A stretch of 63,362 bases of DNA, counting the filler, from Asterionella formosa (taxonomy: Eukaryota), in assembly GCA_002256025.1 (NCBI GenBank). It is 25 parts of 25 records of this genome, joined end to end, with 100 filler letters (N's around TTAATTAATTAA, not from the genome) between each part and the next. Parts side by side here need not be neighbours in the genome. Positions count along the whole stretch, not along the records: positions 1 to 17,793 come from NKIB01004273.1; 24 more parts are not named here. The stretch is one strand, 5' to 3'. A program made the translations under genes and the position numbers. The notes below the pieces were generated by a model. It made no database searches and was not told where the DNA came from. It saw only the letters and a program-made list of their open reading frames with translations. Numbering within the stretch: position 1 is the first letter of the stretch; each line of letters begins with the position of its first letter. Positions 1-12,808 of this stretch are shown piece by piece.

Positions 1-528
1 ATAATATTATCTCTGTAGACTCGGTATTATTTTTACGAGACCTGAAATGTTGAATTATATCGTTCACATATTCATTGATTTTACGTACCGTATGCCCGAT
101 TTCGTCCTCACAAATATAGTTCTCACTCTATCTTGCCTGCCTTTGTTCTATTCGGGCTTGCAATAGGCAACGTTCGTCTTCTTTTATCCCATCATCTGCT
201 GCTTGTTATGCTAGTTGAAGCGGATCGGTGAGTACAACAGTGAAATACTGAATGTGGATTGTAGATCGTATTTATCGACTTTCCGATTTGATTTTTCCGT
301 GGTTTGTTTTGATCGCTTCCATCGTTGTTTGTCGTTACTCACTGTCGTGTTGTTTCGATTGTACATATCTACATAAGAACCAATGAATGTATCCATGACT
401 ACTCATTGAAGATGTGGTATTGTGCCGTTGTTGATTGTATTTGTTGATTTGTATTAATTTATAAGCTCATATATTCAATAAATACTACTACTTCTAGTTA
501 GATACTTCACCTGGTACCAGGAACCGCC

Positions 529-620
529 AGCAAGTTGCTGGTAATTTTGAATAACTAAAGATTTAGCTATTTCTATCCCAGATTGAATTGTCTATTTAAG
601 CAAAACTACCGCAACTTGCT
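529..620. mobile_element. ~90-bp mini inverted-repeat element (MITE-like), copy 1
   Basis: Ends AGCAAGTTGCTGGTAATTTT and AAAACTACCGCAACTTGCT are imperfect inverted repeats. A related copy lies at 19557-19641, and lone ends at ~43278 and ~53026. Confidence 0.55.
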
Positions 621-861
621 TACGAGGTACCTGAATGCATACGAGCGACGCAGGACGAGACCATCACTTCGCTCACCTGGTGTGCGGCACGTGAACGACC
701 CCATTGTTTGATGATAGTAGCTGGTACCCCTGGTACCGATAAACGGTACTCCGTTACCAGGTAGTCTAGACCTTTGCTGGTCGAATTCTCATTAGCTTTG
801 CTTGTTTCCGTTCACGAAGTCACGAACATTGCTTTCCGTTCATGACGAAGTGCCTTCCATC

Positions 862-1950
862 ATGGTCCAAACAACTGCAGTGATGCACATCCGCTTGTGC
901 TTCCTTTTCGCTGTCCTATCGATTCTAGTCTCGACGCACGCGGTTCTCATTGAAAGCGAACGGCTCGCTGAATACCACGCACGTAACTATTCATGGCCAC
1001 CTTCTGAAGATGAATTTGTTCCTCAAACAGCTGGATGGACAAAGCTTTACCAAAGACGCCTAAAGCAAGTGGACGCTATTACCGTTGATGACAATTGCTA
1101 CAATGGCTACATGAGTGCTATTCATTCAGGCATTGTCTGTCCGAACTTTACGGAGTTCGGATATGGCCTAACTTCGGCTCCGAAAGCTATAATCAGTCAA
1201 TTGAATCAGATTCTACATGCTGCCTTGGAGCAAAATACCATGAGGGACGAGACGTTGACAGAGTGCATCAAAGGGGCCCCCAAGTTTATAGACATAAGCC
1301 CAAAAATATTGGATCAATCCCTGCTTATGCTGCAGCCCCTCATGGAAGCTTGGAGTGGCACCAAGTTGATTGCCAACAACGCTTATGGGTTGCGAGTGTA
1401 CATGAATGAATCCAAATTAAATATGCACATTGACAAAGTGGAAACTCACGTCATTTCCGCTATCATGCACGTCGATCATGATCAAACAGGAGAGCCATGG
1501 CCAATTGTCATTGAAGATTTTCAGGGAAATACCGTAGAAGTGAATCTTGAGGCAGGAGACATTCTCCTATATGAATCATCCAAATGTTATCATGGGCGAC
1601 CACGACCGTTCAATGGGGAATGGTATACATCGCTGTTTTTGCACTGGTATCCTGTAGATTGGAATCCGGAAATGAGGATGAAAACGCACTATCGTGTGCC
1701 TCCCACATGGGGTATCAAAATTCCAAGTGAATATCCCATTTTGAACATTGTTGACACTTCCTTGGATGAACCAGAATGTCAGCATGGGTGGTGTGCATTG
1801 CAAGGATCTATTGTCTTTTCAGGGCCAGCACCTGGGTATGGAAAAGTTATGTCAGGAGGGATAGTGGAAGAGTTGAAAGGGTTGATCTCAGAGGAAGATT
1901 TGAACAAACAAATTTATGGGGATGTTTCGAGCACTGGCTATGAGCTGTAA
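862..1950 (+). CDS. 2OG-Fe(II)-dependent oxygenase (prolyl-hydroxylase-like), probably secreted or ER-targeted
   Basis: Motifs YGLRVY, HID (HxD), WPIVIED, GDILLYES and HGR. Hydrophobic N-terminus (LCFLFAVLSILVSTHA). First in-frame ATG at 862, alternative at 883. Confidence 0.75.
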   Translation: MVQTTAVMHIRLCFLFAVLSILVSTHAVLIESERLAEYHARNYSWPPSEDEFVPQTAGWTKLYQRRLKQVDAITVDDNCYNGYMSAIHSGIVCPNFTEFGYGLTSAPKAIISQLNQILHAALEQNTMRDETLTECIKGAPKFIDISPKILDQSLLMLQPLMEAWSGTKLIANNAYGLRVYMNESKLNMHIDKVETHVISAIMHVDHDQTGEPWPIVIEDFQGNTVEVNLEAGDILLYESSKCYHGRPRPFNGEWYTSLFLHWYPVDWNPEMRMKTHYRVPPTWGIKIPSEYPILNIVDTSLDEPECQHGWCALQGSIVFSGPAPGYGKVMSGGIVEELKGLISEEDLNKQIYGDVSSTGYEL

Positions 1951-2378
1951 GCGAATTTATTATTCTTGAGAATTTCTTTAGAGTTATAATCAGCGTTCCT
2001 TAACATCATGGATTCTTAACAAGTAAATCCTTGCGTACTGCACATAATCCCAAACAGAAGTAAATTATTTTTCGTATTGCTGGTGTTCACACCAGAATCT
2101 TTGCTCAATGATCTTTTAAATAATAATGTTGAATTTCTTCCTCTTGCATATAACCAAGATGACAGCTCGGGCGACACGCAACAACAACATGCCACAGCAA
2201 CCATCATGAAGCATGATGTCATACCGGTCGTATCACATCAATATGCATTTTATATATGCAAAACGTATATCAGCCATTACGACGCAGGTACATCATTACC
2301 GGCATAATAACAGGTACAGTTCAGTGCCGTGGTACTATCTTAGGTAGCCGTCCAGACCACTATCACTGGCCTATCACT

Positions 2379-2460
2379 GGTACCTGGTACCAGGTACCTG
2401 GTACCTGGTACCAGAGGGTACCGGTGCAAAGGTATGGTACCATGTACCTGGTAAGGTACA
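2379..2460. repeat. Palindromic GGTACC/CCWGG low-complexity tract
   Basis: Contains the perfect 20-bp palindrome GGTACCTGGTACCAGGTACC (2379-2398) and further GGTACC copies. Confidence 0.85.
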
Positions 2461-2855
2461 AAAGCATAGATACTATCTCCCACTATCATACACTCTGTAC
2501 GTAGACACTCTGAATTATGCATATGTAGCCCGTCCGTGGCTTTACGTCAAAGAATACGATATTGTGCGCAAGTGGGTATTTCGCACTCGTGAATAATAAT
2601 TTCAAAGCCAACATCGTCAGACCACCGGCAGGAGGCGACATGAAAAGGTTGGAAGCGTTTAGTGTGCCAGTACAAAATCCCATAGGCTTCTATGTGGACT
2701 CTGATCTGTGACTGTGTACCAGGTACTGCACGAACAAGTTCTTATCTCAAAATCATTCCCATTCTCCAACCCCAGAGTGCTGATTTCATATAAAAGCCAA
2801 GAGTAGTCTACTATTTTAGTCGACTGAACGATAAAGTGAAGACGTACAACTCACA

Positions 2856-4210
2856 ATGGCATCATTGGTACGTTCAAAACAAGCGATGGAACAACAAGTA
2901 AGCTCGACGATGAACAATAGCACGAGGCGATGTTTTATTTTCGGCTGACAGCACATCATGGACAGCGCACGAGAGCGCTCTTGCTTGGTCATGGTTGGCT
3001 TGCATGATGGTATCATTGTCGACGTATACCAGTGGCAGGCACTAACTATCCTCGCCAGCCATGGAACGAATGGTTCAACCCCTGGACGTCATTGAGGGAA
3101 GCGTCAACGCAGTCGCCATGTGCGCGATGGACAGGCGTTCCTAGATTGACACTTCACTCGTTGTAGCTCTTCCATTCTAACTTCACTCACCTCGCACTCA
3201 TCTCGCATCGATAGGAGCCATTAGATCCACAAAATCCAGAATTCCATGGTGAGGAATCCTTACTTGAAGATGATCACAAACAGAAGAAACGCAAGAAGAA
3301 CCAACGGGATGGATCGACGCTGCGCAAGTGCCCCACTGCTCCGAAGCGATTCAAGTCCAGTTACATTTGCTTTTTCATGGACAAACAGCCTGTCATCAAG
3401 GAGGAGTTGGGGGACAATGCAACCGTGACAGAAGTTTCGAAAAGGTCGGCAGAAATGTGGAAGAGCCTATCTGCTGAAGAACGGGCCCACTGGGATGACG
3501 TGGCAGCCAAGGACAAGCAGCGCTACATGGTGGAGAAGGCCACATACACCGGCCCTTGGCAAGTCCCTTGGAAACGCGTGAAGAAGGACCCATCAGCACC
3601 CAAAAGACCCATGAGTGCATTCTTGTACTTTTCTCAGGACAGGCGTCGTACAATCAAAGACAAGAATCCGACCTTGAAGAATACAGAAGTTTCCAGGATT
3701 CTTGGGGAGCTTTGGCGAAATGCCTCGGACTTGGAAAAGAAACCTCATGTTGATCGAGAGAAGAGTGAACGAGAAAGTTACAAGGTTGATATTGCAGAGT
3801 GGCGTGAAGAATTTGGCAAGAAGGTTGAGGAACAGAAGAAACTGCAGGCTGAGCAATCTGCTTATGTTGCAAGCATGTATAGGCACGAAGGGGGCGCATA
3901 TCAATACCCGCAACATGTCCCATATGACCCTAATATGATCAACTCGCAATACATGATTCCTCCTTATGGATATGCTATGCCTCCTGATTACTTGTATGCA
4001 TATCCACCAGTGCACTCAGCTGCTCGATATGGATATGCAAATGGTAAACATGTCGCTGTTCTTGGTCCAAATGGTATGCCGGCATCCTACTACACACCTC
4101 AACAATCGGCAGGAGATGAAGAGCAAGAAGGATACGGGCACTCCTCAGCTTTTGAAAACCCAACTGACAATGGACAGCAGCAATCACAAATGGGGCAAAC
4201 ATCTGAATAG
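2856..4210 (+). CDS. Double HMG-box protein; exons 2856-2897 and 3215-4210 (345 aa)
   Basis: ATG at 2856, donor GTAAGC at 2898, branch-like CTAAC at ~3177, acceptor TAG ending 3214; the join is in frame. Two HMG boxes (APKRFKSSYICFF...W and APKRPMSAFLYFS...GELW) and a Y/P/Q-rich tail. Confidence 0.88.
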
Positions 4211-4929
4211 CATTGATGATCATCCATTCATCTTATTTTTTGTAAATCTTTGTCAAGATAGGTCTCAGACATGCTTTGTGGTGTTGGTCCTTGGTTATTC
4301 ATGAAAAAATATGCTTGTAGATCTTTTACCGTGCATTTTCTATTTACTTGAGAGTAAATTATATCCAGCTAATATGATTAGGGACTTGCAATTTTTTAGA
4401 CTTGGTTGTTCCAAATTTAATGCTTTTCTCTAGGCGCAAAAGATTTCATGCTGTAACTGAGCTCAGCATCAGTGAATTGTTTGGAGCAGAAGGAAATCGG
4501 GATGTGTGCCTTTTGTCATATTGGATGTGACTGTCATGTGGGACAAATGTGTTGATGTCAGCTTGTTCATTGCTAGGACTTAAATATACAAACCCACAAA
4601 TAGTGCATTCTTAACAAGTTTGGCATTTGTCCCTTTTTAAACCACCATCCGGCTCAGTCCCGGCAGCTTAGTCTGGTAAAATCTTAAAATGGGCTGAATA
4701 GTGCTTGGCTCATATGTAATCCTGTAATGCATCTTGATGCAGAAACGTTCTCTCTGCACAGAACTCACATGCCAGCATGTACCGGTATTCATATAACACA
4801 TGGGATGGTCCTTGGCTTAGAAATAAATCTAGGGTCACAAGTTTGATGGAGAAAACAAATATCTATGCTAACCACCTTGACTACCAAGATACCTGGTACC
4901 CTCTCATCACGAGATCACATCAAACCTTT

Positions 4930-5890
4930 AATGACCCTGCAACAAACAATCTTTCCATTTATCGAAAAAGAAATTGAATCTATTGATGCAGCTACCAATT
5001 CTACCGCCTTTACTCTTGTGTCGTCTCTGTGTCGTAATTCTGCAGGTGTTTTGCAAATAGCACTTGCCCATATTGCCCAATGTGACAGTAGCATCATACA
5101 CAATCAACTCCATTTCGTCATCAATTTCCCATTGATTAATGCGGTCATTGTAATCAATATTCTTCTCAGGAACATTTGGTTAAAGTGGTTCAACATATTG
5201 ATGCATATCCTCTTCACTTACGTTGGGAAATGAGAAGTATGGGTGTGGGTAGCTAGATGACATTTGTGGTGGAAGTAATAATTCCACTACGATTCCTTCC
5301 ATATTCAGATCAATTCTTTTGTGAAAGTCCAGTGTAGATTTCCTTTTAATAACCGAGTAAATCATCAGTCCATTGATCAGTGAGACCATTTGACACTGAA
5401 CTTTCGTCCCTCACATTTCTTTTGATAAAAGTTTTCCCACCAATGTCAACAAAATCAGTAGAATGAAGAATATCGTTCTCTGAAGCAAATTTCATGCGTA
5501 TCTGGATTGAAGCCCAAATATTTTTGTTGCAATCGGAATTTTCCTTTCAGCACCAAGAAGCAAAATGCTTCTGTACTGGCATTGATCAGCAAACCAACAA
5601 AATGTGATTGCAATTCACACTGTGCCCGAAGGCAGAGTTGAAATTTGGTCACAACAGATTTGTCTCCTGTTAAAAATGGTTCTCCACACACAGGTTGTCC
5701 TGCCTATAAAATACACTGGAGCAAGAACATCATGCCAGATTTGGTAGCCTTGAATTCCCCTGCCAAAGTCCTTTGACTGCGCAAAACAATAAAGCGTGAG
5801 CGCCCACCTAATAAAGTCATCAATATCCATAGTCTGGAATTTATATTCTGTTATACCAGCTGGTGTGTCATGAATTATGTTAGCATTTTT
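4930..5890 (-). pseudogene. Frameshifted ORF remnant, possibly a transposon accessory gene
   Basis: Adjacent protein-like minus-strand frames (…VLAPVYFIG…, …LINASTEAFCFLVLKG…) broken by frameshifts and stops. Family not identified. Confidence 0.3.
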
Positions 5891-6967
5891 AATTCAAACA
5901 TATTTGATAAGAAGACAACAACAAATTGTAAACTAAATGCACATTTCCTTTTTTCTCAGTTGATTCAATAGTCTGTTTTGCTTGTTGGGGAGCACCAATG
6001 TAAAACAAAACAAAATTGGTAAGTGCTCTTGTCGTTGGACCTATTCACTTCTGATGGAACATAACTGACGGACACGCCACGTTTACCTTCTCTCAAAGTT
6101 AAGCTAACGAAAATGAATCGGTAAGTTTTATTCGACAACATTGGAAACGTGAAACTTACTTATTCAAGAATTTACTGACAATTTACTATTACAGACTTAT
6201 GCATCACTTGCTTTGATTTGGCTGTGGTAAGTGAAGCAAGCAACCACGATGGAATGGCATGATGTTGTGCGTGTCAGTGTAACATGACTAGCTAAAAAGT
6301 CATTCCTTCTCATTGTTACTGTAACTGCATAGGACAATAAAACCGATCAAACAACGGTATAGTCAGCAAGTTCAGAATGACACTAACAGCATGGAGAGAG
6401 ACGCAACATTAGTAAGGCATTGCTTGGCACAAGAAGATTCAGAATAGAGGAAGAAAAGGCCAAGACAGGAATATACATTAAGATGGGTGGAGAGGAGGAG
6501 AGAAACATTCCTCAGGTAGCTGTCGAAACAGAAATATCATTGTTAAATTTGCTAATTAAATTAAAATCAATTCCAATCCTTCTCGAACAATGCTTGTGAT
6601 TAGAATTATGATCATGATTAAGATAGATTTACAATGAAACAATTCACATGATAGCATAGAGTTGAGCTGATTTTAGGATGCGTTGTAGTAATAATTTACA
6701 TCGGGCGATCACGAGAAGTGAAAATAATATGAGAAGGTTTATGATGTTGATGAGAATTGTTGTTGATCAGTTGATATACAATGTGTGATAAAAATGTTCT
6801 TATTATCATTATATTTCAAGGTCGGTAAAATATTAATAAATCATCATAATTATAGGATACCTTGATCATAGTTTTGATCCAAAAATAATCATATATACGA
6901 AAATCCTGTGCCACTTAGCATACAATACCCTTGATCCTAAATGCATGATACTTTTTATTTTCAGATG

Positions 6968-9900
6968 TTGTGTAAAAGTGAGCAAGTCAGAGTTGGGTGT
7001 AGCAACAAGAAAAGAGAGAGGATGAATGAAGTTTATTGTGTCGTCCAGATTGGCAGAAAGCCGGTTGACAGAAGTAAGTGGAAGAGCAGCGCAACTCATA
7101 GGGAAGGACAGGAAAGCAGCAAGACCAAATGGTTGATGAGACGAACGGTCGTCGCATTGGCAAATAGAAGGTTTGCGGACACGACCATATCGAGAAACAG
7201 TGGAATCATGAGAAGGAAGCAGAGCCAGCGGAGGATAAGCGATTGGAGCAGGTGCAGGCGAAAAAGGGGGAGCTCCCTCGGAAGGAAGGGTATTGGCAGC
7301 AGGAGGAGTAAACAGAGCTCCCGCAGGAAGCACAAGATCAATAGCTCCCTTGGAAAGAGAGGGAGAAAGGGCAGGAGGCAGAGGAGTGGTGTCTGGTAGG
7401 GCATCGAGAAAGATGGGCGGAATTGCAGAAATCGAGGTTGTAGCATTGGGTTTAGTTAGATACAGCCATAGGTCAATATCAACAATGGGTTGCCAGGCAA
7501 TGCTTTGTGTAGAACCGAAAATGTAGAGTGGTTGCTAAGTGTAGATCAAGAAACTCGTCGGGCTGGAGAAGGCTGACATGATGTTGTGCATACAGATCAG
7601 CCCAGTGAATAGGGATTTCTTGTTGTGCGAGAGATTCAACAAGGGAAAAATCGTCATAGAAAAACCACATGGAAGGGGGTGGTGACGTGGCCTGTAGCTA
7701 AATTGAGAACAAGGGGGATGCAGGAAGCATGGTATTTGGAACTACCACTACCAAGGTAGACACCCACCCAACAGCATTGTTCCCAACAAGGGATGCTATC
7801 GCCAGAGGAGTGCTGTAGACAATCATCAAGGAGAACAACTGGGTGATGGTGGGGAAAAGAAGGCACCACGTCAGAACAGGAGAGATGCTGCAGGTAGCAC
7901 GGACCATCAGAGCGAGGCTGTAAATTGCATAGATCGTTGGATAAACACATAGCAAAAGACCATTATGCGGATGTCACAGCATCAGGCCAAGCATTTTGGC
8001 ACAGAATACCAATACGGTTTTCAGCCAAAGAATTTTGGTGATGACTACTAACACCACAGTAAGTAATGGATTGGTTCGAAGCAACAATGACGGCTTTGAA
8101 GGCATTGTCAGCAAGAATTCCATTGTCAAGGCATTGAGAATGGTCTGGAGATGCACATAGCTAACCATGCTCTTGGTATCGACAAACACGCACAGCGCCA
8201 CCACGAAAGGATTTCAGAGTGAGAACACCTTTGGAATGGCCAACAAGGCCAAGTTCAGAGCAAGAGAATTGGTCGATGGAGGCAGACCTAGGGCGAAGAG
8301 GGCCATCCGGCATGAGAAAGGGCATGGACATGAGGCTGTCGACGACAGAGCCAGGAGGCTTCTTAGTTTGCCAGGGTTTACGCTTCATTTTGCCATAGAG
8401 ACAGGCGGCACATTTAGGGAGTGGGCAAGTAGAGGCATCACGAATTGATGTTAGGAGCTGACCAGATTTAATCATGTTTTGGATAACAGAGAGGTTCATG
8501 TGGCCCACCAAGCGCAAGGGAAGGCGAAGGAGTTCAAGTTGGGCACTGGACAAAGGGGCAACGGGATTGACAAGAGCAGGAAGTTGATGTGAAATGGGAT
8601 CGATAAGAGGGGCAGGTGCAGAATGAGAGGGCCGAGATGGATCAAGAGAAGCACCATAGATGGCAGTAAAGGTCCCTTCAAAAAATTGGCGAAACGTTGT
8701 GAGGCCGGGGCCACAGGCAAGGATTGGTATGCCAGAGTGAGGCGGATGGATGATGGTGCGCTCGAACTGACGAAAATTGAAAACAAGAAGGGAATGAGTA
8801 TCATAAGTAGTGATGAAAGGTGCCATTGTTGTCGATGTTGCCAAACACATCGCAAGAGAGAGCTTGGGCGCGGCAGAGGCGGATTGGACAAGCAGGAAGA
8901 TAGGCTATGTTGGGGTCGCGAAAACGCCAAAGGACAGTACCAAAGTCAAGGAGAGAAGAGGGACCACCAACAACATGAATAGGAATGGAGGCTGGTGTAG
9001 CAGGGATAAAATCATTAAAAATGAAATCAAGTTTATCATTAGTAACACAATAGGAAGTGCAATTGTCAAAAGCGATTTCGCAGGTATCCACATCAAAGTT
9101 AAGGAATGTAGAGGGAAGAAGATCCGGAGTAGTAAGTGCTGCCAGACTGAAAGGAGGTGAAGCTACGGAAGAAAAGGCAGAGCAAAGAGTTGAAGGAACT
9201 TCTGGAGCGAAGTAAGAGCAAGATAGAGGATCGTGTAGTAACCACGGGAAAGGAAGGAGCACGCGTCCAAGATGATGGCGGGGTAAGGATGGGTAAAGAA
9301 GGGGAGAAAATCGGCAGATGGGGCAAGGCAAGCCAGCCAAGCAGGACAGCGAGAGAAGATGGTATAAGGTAACGGTAGAAGGCCACGGATGAAGAGCATA
9401 AAATGTGCAGACAGCATGACATGGGAAAAGATGAGGTATGTAGAGGGGTAGGCAAAACATACAGATATCGCACATGAGGGACCACAGAAAGATGTGGCCA
9501 GGGTAGACATAAAAAAATAAATAGCACAAAGGTGGCGTAGAAAGATGTAGAAAAGAATACCAGTGGCAAGATATGGAAGGAGAGATGAATAATAGAGAAG
9601 GGATAGAGAAAAGAACGGTCAGCAGGATGTAATCATATAGAGACAAGATTTCGAGAGGTAACCAGAAAATGTGGCAACAGGAATGGAGCAACAGATCGAA
9701 AAAAACAAAAGACATATGGTAGCAGCCGGACCACAGGATCAGAGGGATTCACCAGAATTGAGATCCTCAAGAGTGTAAGCAGCTTGATAAGCGGCAAAGA
9801 GACCGGCAACTTGAGTTGGATCGCCACCTTTGAGAATCTAAGGGCGCCTCCAGCACTGGATGGTGGTGGCACAACAGGAGGAGCAGCCGGAAGAGCTGCA

Positions 9901-10890
9901 ACAAGAACAGTGGGAGGGACAGCAGAAGGATCAGGAGTAACAGAAGGAGGACCGGCTTTGGGTTTCTTCAAGTGACACTGGTTGGGGTGGTGGACAACCC
10001 ACTGGCCATTATTGACAAAAGTGAGGCAGCAAGGGCTTTTGGCATGATTTGTGCACAAGTACTACAAGGTCCGACCTTCAACCTTGCGTTTATTGTATTT
10101 GCCAGGTAGAGGGGGAACGTATTCCCAGCCGGGCTTGTTGGCAAAGGTAGGAAGGCTATTAGGAAGGGAAGGAGGAACAGCGGAAACAGCAGTGGATTTT
10201 CCAGCGACAAGAATGAAACCATCGGCGGGTGGGCCAAGATTGCATTGGTTGTCTTTGGAAAGAAGAGAATATTTGGCAACGGTAGATTTGCGAAGAAAAT
10301 CAAGTTGGGCGGCAGCAGAGAAAGTAGGGGAGAATGGGCCTTGTTGGAGAATAAAATCACGGCGCATTACATTAATAAATCGGACAAAATCAACGTCAGG
10401 ACAGGTAGATAGAGCAAATAGAACAGCCCCACATAAATCTTCTTTGCTACTGCCAAGGCAAGAAAGGTGGTGGTAAACAAGGCGGACAATTTCAGCAAAG
10501 AATTTGATGACATCATAGATGAAGGTGCGAAAAGCGAGGACCAATTTGGCTTGACTCAACTGGTCACGTGTATGTTCGATGTCGATAACGGTTCCAACAC
10601 CAGACATGTGGCAGTATTCCAGCATGTAGCCATAGTAGAGAAGAAAAGAGGTCTCATAAAAAGTCTTGTACTATGTGCTGCAGATAGTGGCTTGGAAGAC
10701 GGGGTTACATAAATTTTGTAGCTTAAGAAAAAGCAGAGTAGAAAGTTTGGCAAGAGCAAGACCAGAGGCAGCAGTATCGGCGAGGAGTCTGGCCTCAGCA
10801 TGTTCAAAATCGCCAAGAACAAGAGAGTGGGAGTCACGAAAAATATCGCAAGGCACACCATGGACATCAGGGATGGAGAGGAAACCCGTA
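6968..10890 (-). mobile_element. Degenerate Ty1/copia (diatom CoDi-like) gag-protease-integrase fragment, without RT or LTRs
   Basis: In order on the minus strand: gag Cys/His motif (CTNH…W…HHPNQC), protease-like IAFDNCTSYCVTN, pre-integrase RLVGHMN…CAACLYGK, integrase core SIDQ…HQNSLAENRI, and GVYLG…LNLATGHVTTPFHVVF. Many frameshifts; boundaries are approximate. Confidence 0.85.
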
Positions 10891-12808
10891 TGATGGAAAT
10901 ATATCAAATATAAAATGTGATGCATCATAGAATATATACTACTATGATAGGAGTGAAATAAAATATTTTCGACAACTTCCTAAATTTTTTATAAACCCAC
11001 CTAAATTTTGGGGCAAACTAACAATATTTTTGTATTGCCGATCAGATAATTTCTGTATCAACAACCGCAATTATTGTTTGCAGCAATCAACTATAATTTC
11101 TATGAAGAGCAAAGTAAAATGGGAATGCTATTGCGATATTAATGCTGTTGTCATATCATTCAAACTATATTTACATTATTTGACTATAGCTATTGCAACC
11201 AATAGCTATAGTTGTAAAAATCGCTGAGCAGCATGCCAAGCTGCTCTGCTTGTTGCATTGGCAACCTTCAATCAATTTTCTAGAAACAATCATCATAACA
11301 CAACCTGTCTTGAAGCAAAGCATTAGCTCCTGTTTCACTACCATCTGGGCCATGGTCATGGATGATTATTGGATGAGAAGAATTGGTTCCTGCAAGTAGT
11401 ATAGAGATACATATGTTAGAGTTGCGAAATTGGCTGATTACAATGGCAAAGCGCACAGACCAATCATCTTGGTTCTTACCTTATTTTGTATTGGAGATGT
11501 CAAACAGCATTTTTGTTTCTGATGAACAAGCTAGACAACTTGTGTGAGCGTTTGCAATGAACAAAAGGCAAGGAATAAATGAAATAACAATTAACATCAT
11601 ACCAAGATAAGCGCCAGCAAAACAACCTTGACAACGACCTCATTTCGTCGTTGAATCTTGAATTTTCTTTCATGAGAAGCTGTAATTAAGAAAGGAGTAC
11701 GAGGGGTGAGAAGTAGAAGATCAGAAAGAGTCACAATCACATCAAACTGACCATGCAGAAGCAACCTTCATCATGGCGGTTTCCTTGATTTTGGCATGAT
11801 TTTACAATTTATGTGGCGCAAGGATGATGATGATGATGATGATACTAGCTAGGGTATCACAAGATATAACTCTTGTAATCAGTCGCTTCAATAGCCGAAT
11901 GGCGACCTTGTTCTGTCATGCTGAGACATTCAACTTGTGTGATTTATACCTCCGCAGTTTACGACAACTTTGGAGCGGGAGGAATGGATTGGGACTATTG
12001 TTTCGCAATTTTGATGGAAGATAAGATTTTCTTTGAATAATGGATTTATCGTATGACTCACTCTATAATAACTAAGAAAGGCAATGATCACCATCACTGT
12101 ATACCGGTATTAGTGTATACTGGTATTGTTTCTGACTTGGTATTCGGTATAATAGCCAAGTTATTAATGCTGCTTTACTTTAGTAACCTTGGTTATTTTT
12201 AATCAAGTCTGACTTGGTGTCAGACTTTCGACTCAAGTCCAGACTTGTTATAAGTAACTATACGACCTGGTACCGTTATGTACTCCGGAGTCCGGAGTAC
12301 TAACAAATACTAGTACCGGTAGGCATGGCGGCATTTATACCTTGTTCTCGATACTATTCGCTATGTACTGGTTTTGCCGTCCTACTTACTTTGGGGGGGG
12401 GGGTGCACCTAGTACCTGGTGCTGTACAATTATACTACCAGGTTCCGAGTACTCCACCAGGTACCGGAATAAAAAAAGCCCCAGCCATACACGTCGTCGT
12501 CGCTTTTCATTGTTCGTTGTGGTGACGAGTGTGACGTGGTCATTGCCCAAAAAAAGCATACCGGTATGTATCATGCGAGACATTTTCTCGCTCGCGATGA
12601 CGCACTACCAGGTACTGAATGAAAAAGCAAGGAGTTTCGTTCGCGATGACTGGACCTTTGCATCCCGCTTTCGTCGACAAGGATTTGAACTGACGAGCCA
12701 TCATGTACAAAAATAGTCGCATGTCGAAGAAATGAAATCTGAAACATAAATCTGACCTTCCACTTTTCTCAACACTAGATCTAGACACACATTTCACTCA
12801 TTACCACC

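Noticed and set aside
11822..11844. Poly-Met ORF start
   Set aside because: Simple (GAT)n microsatellite.
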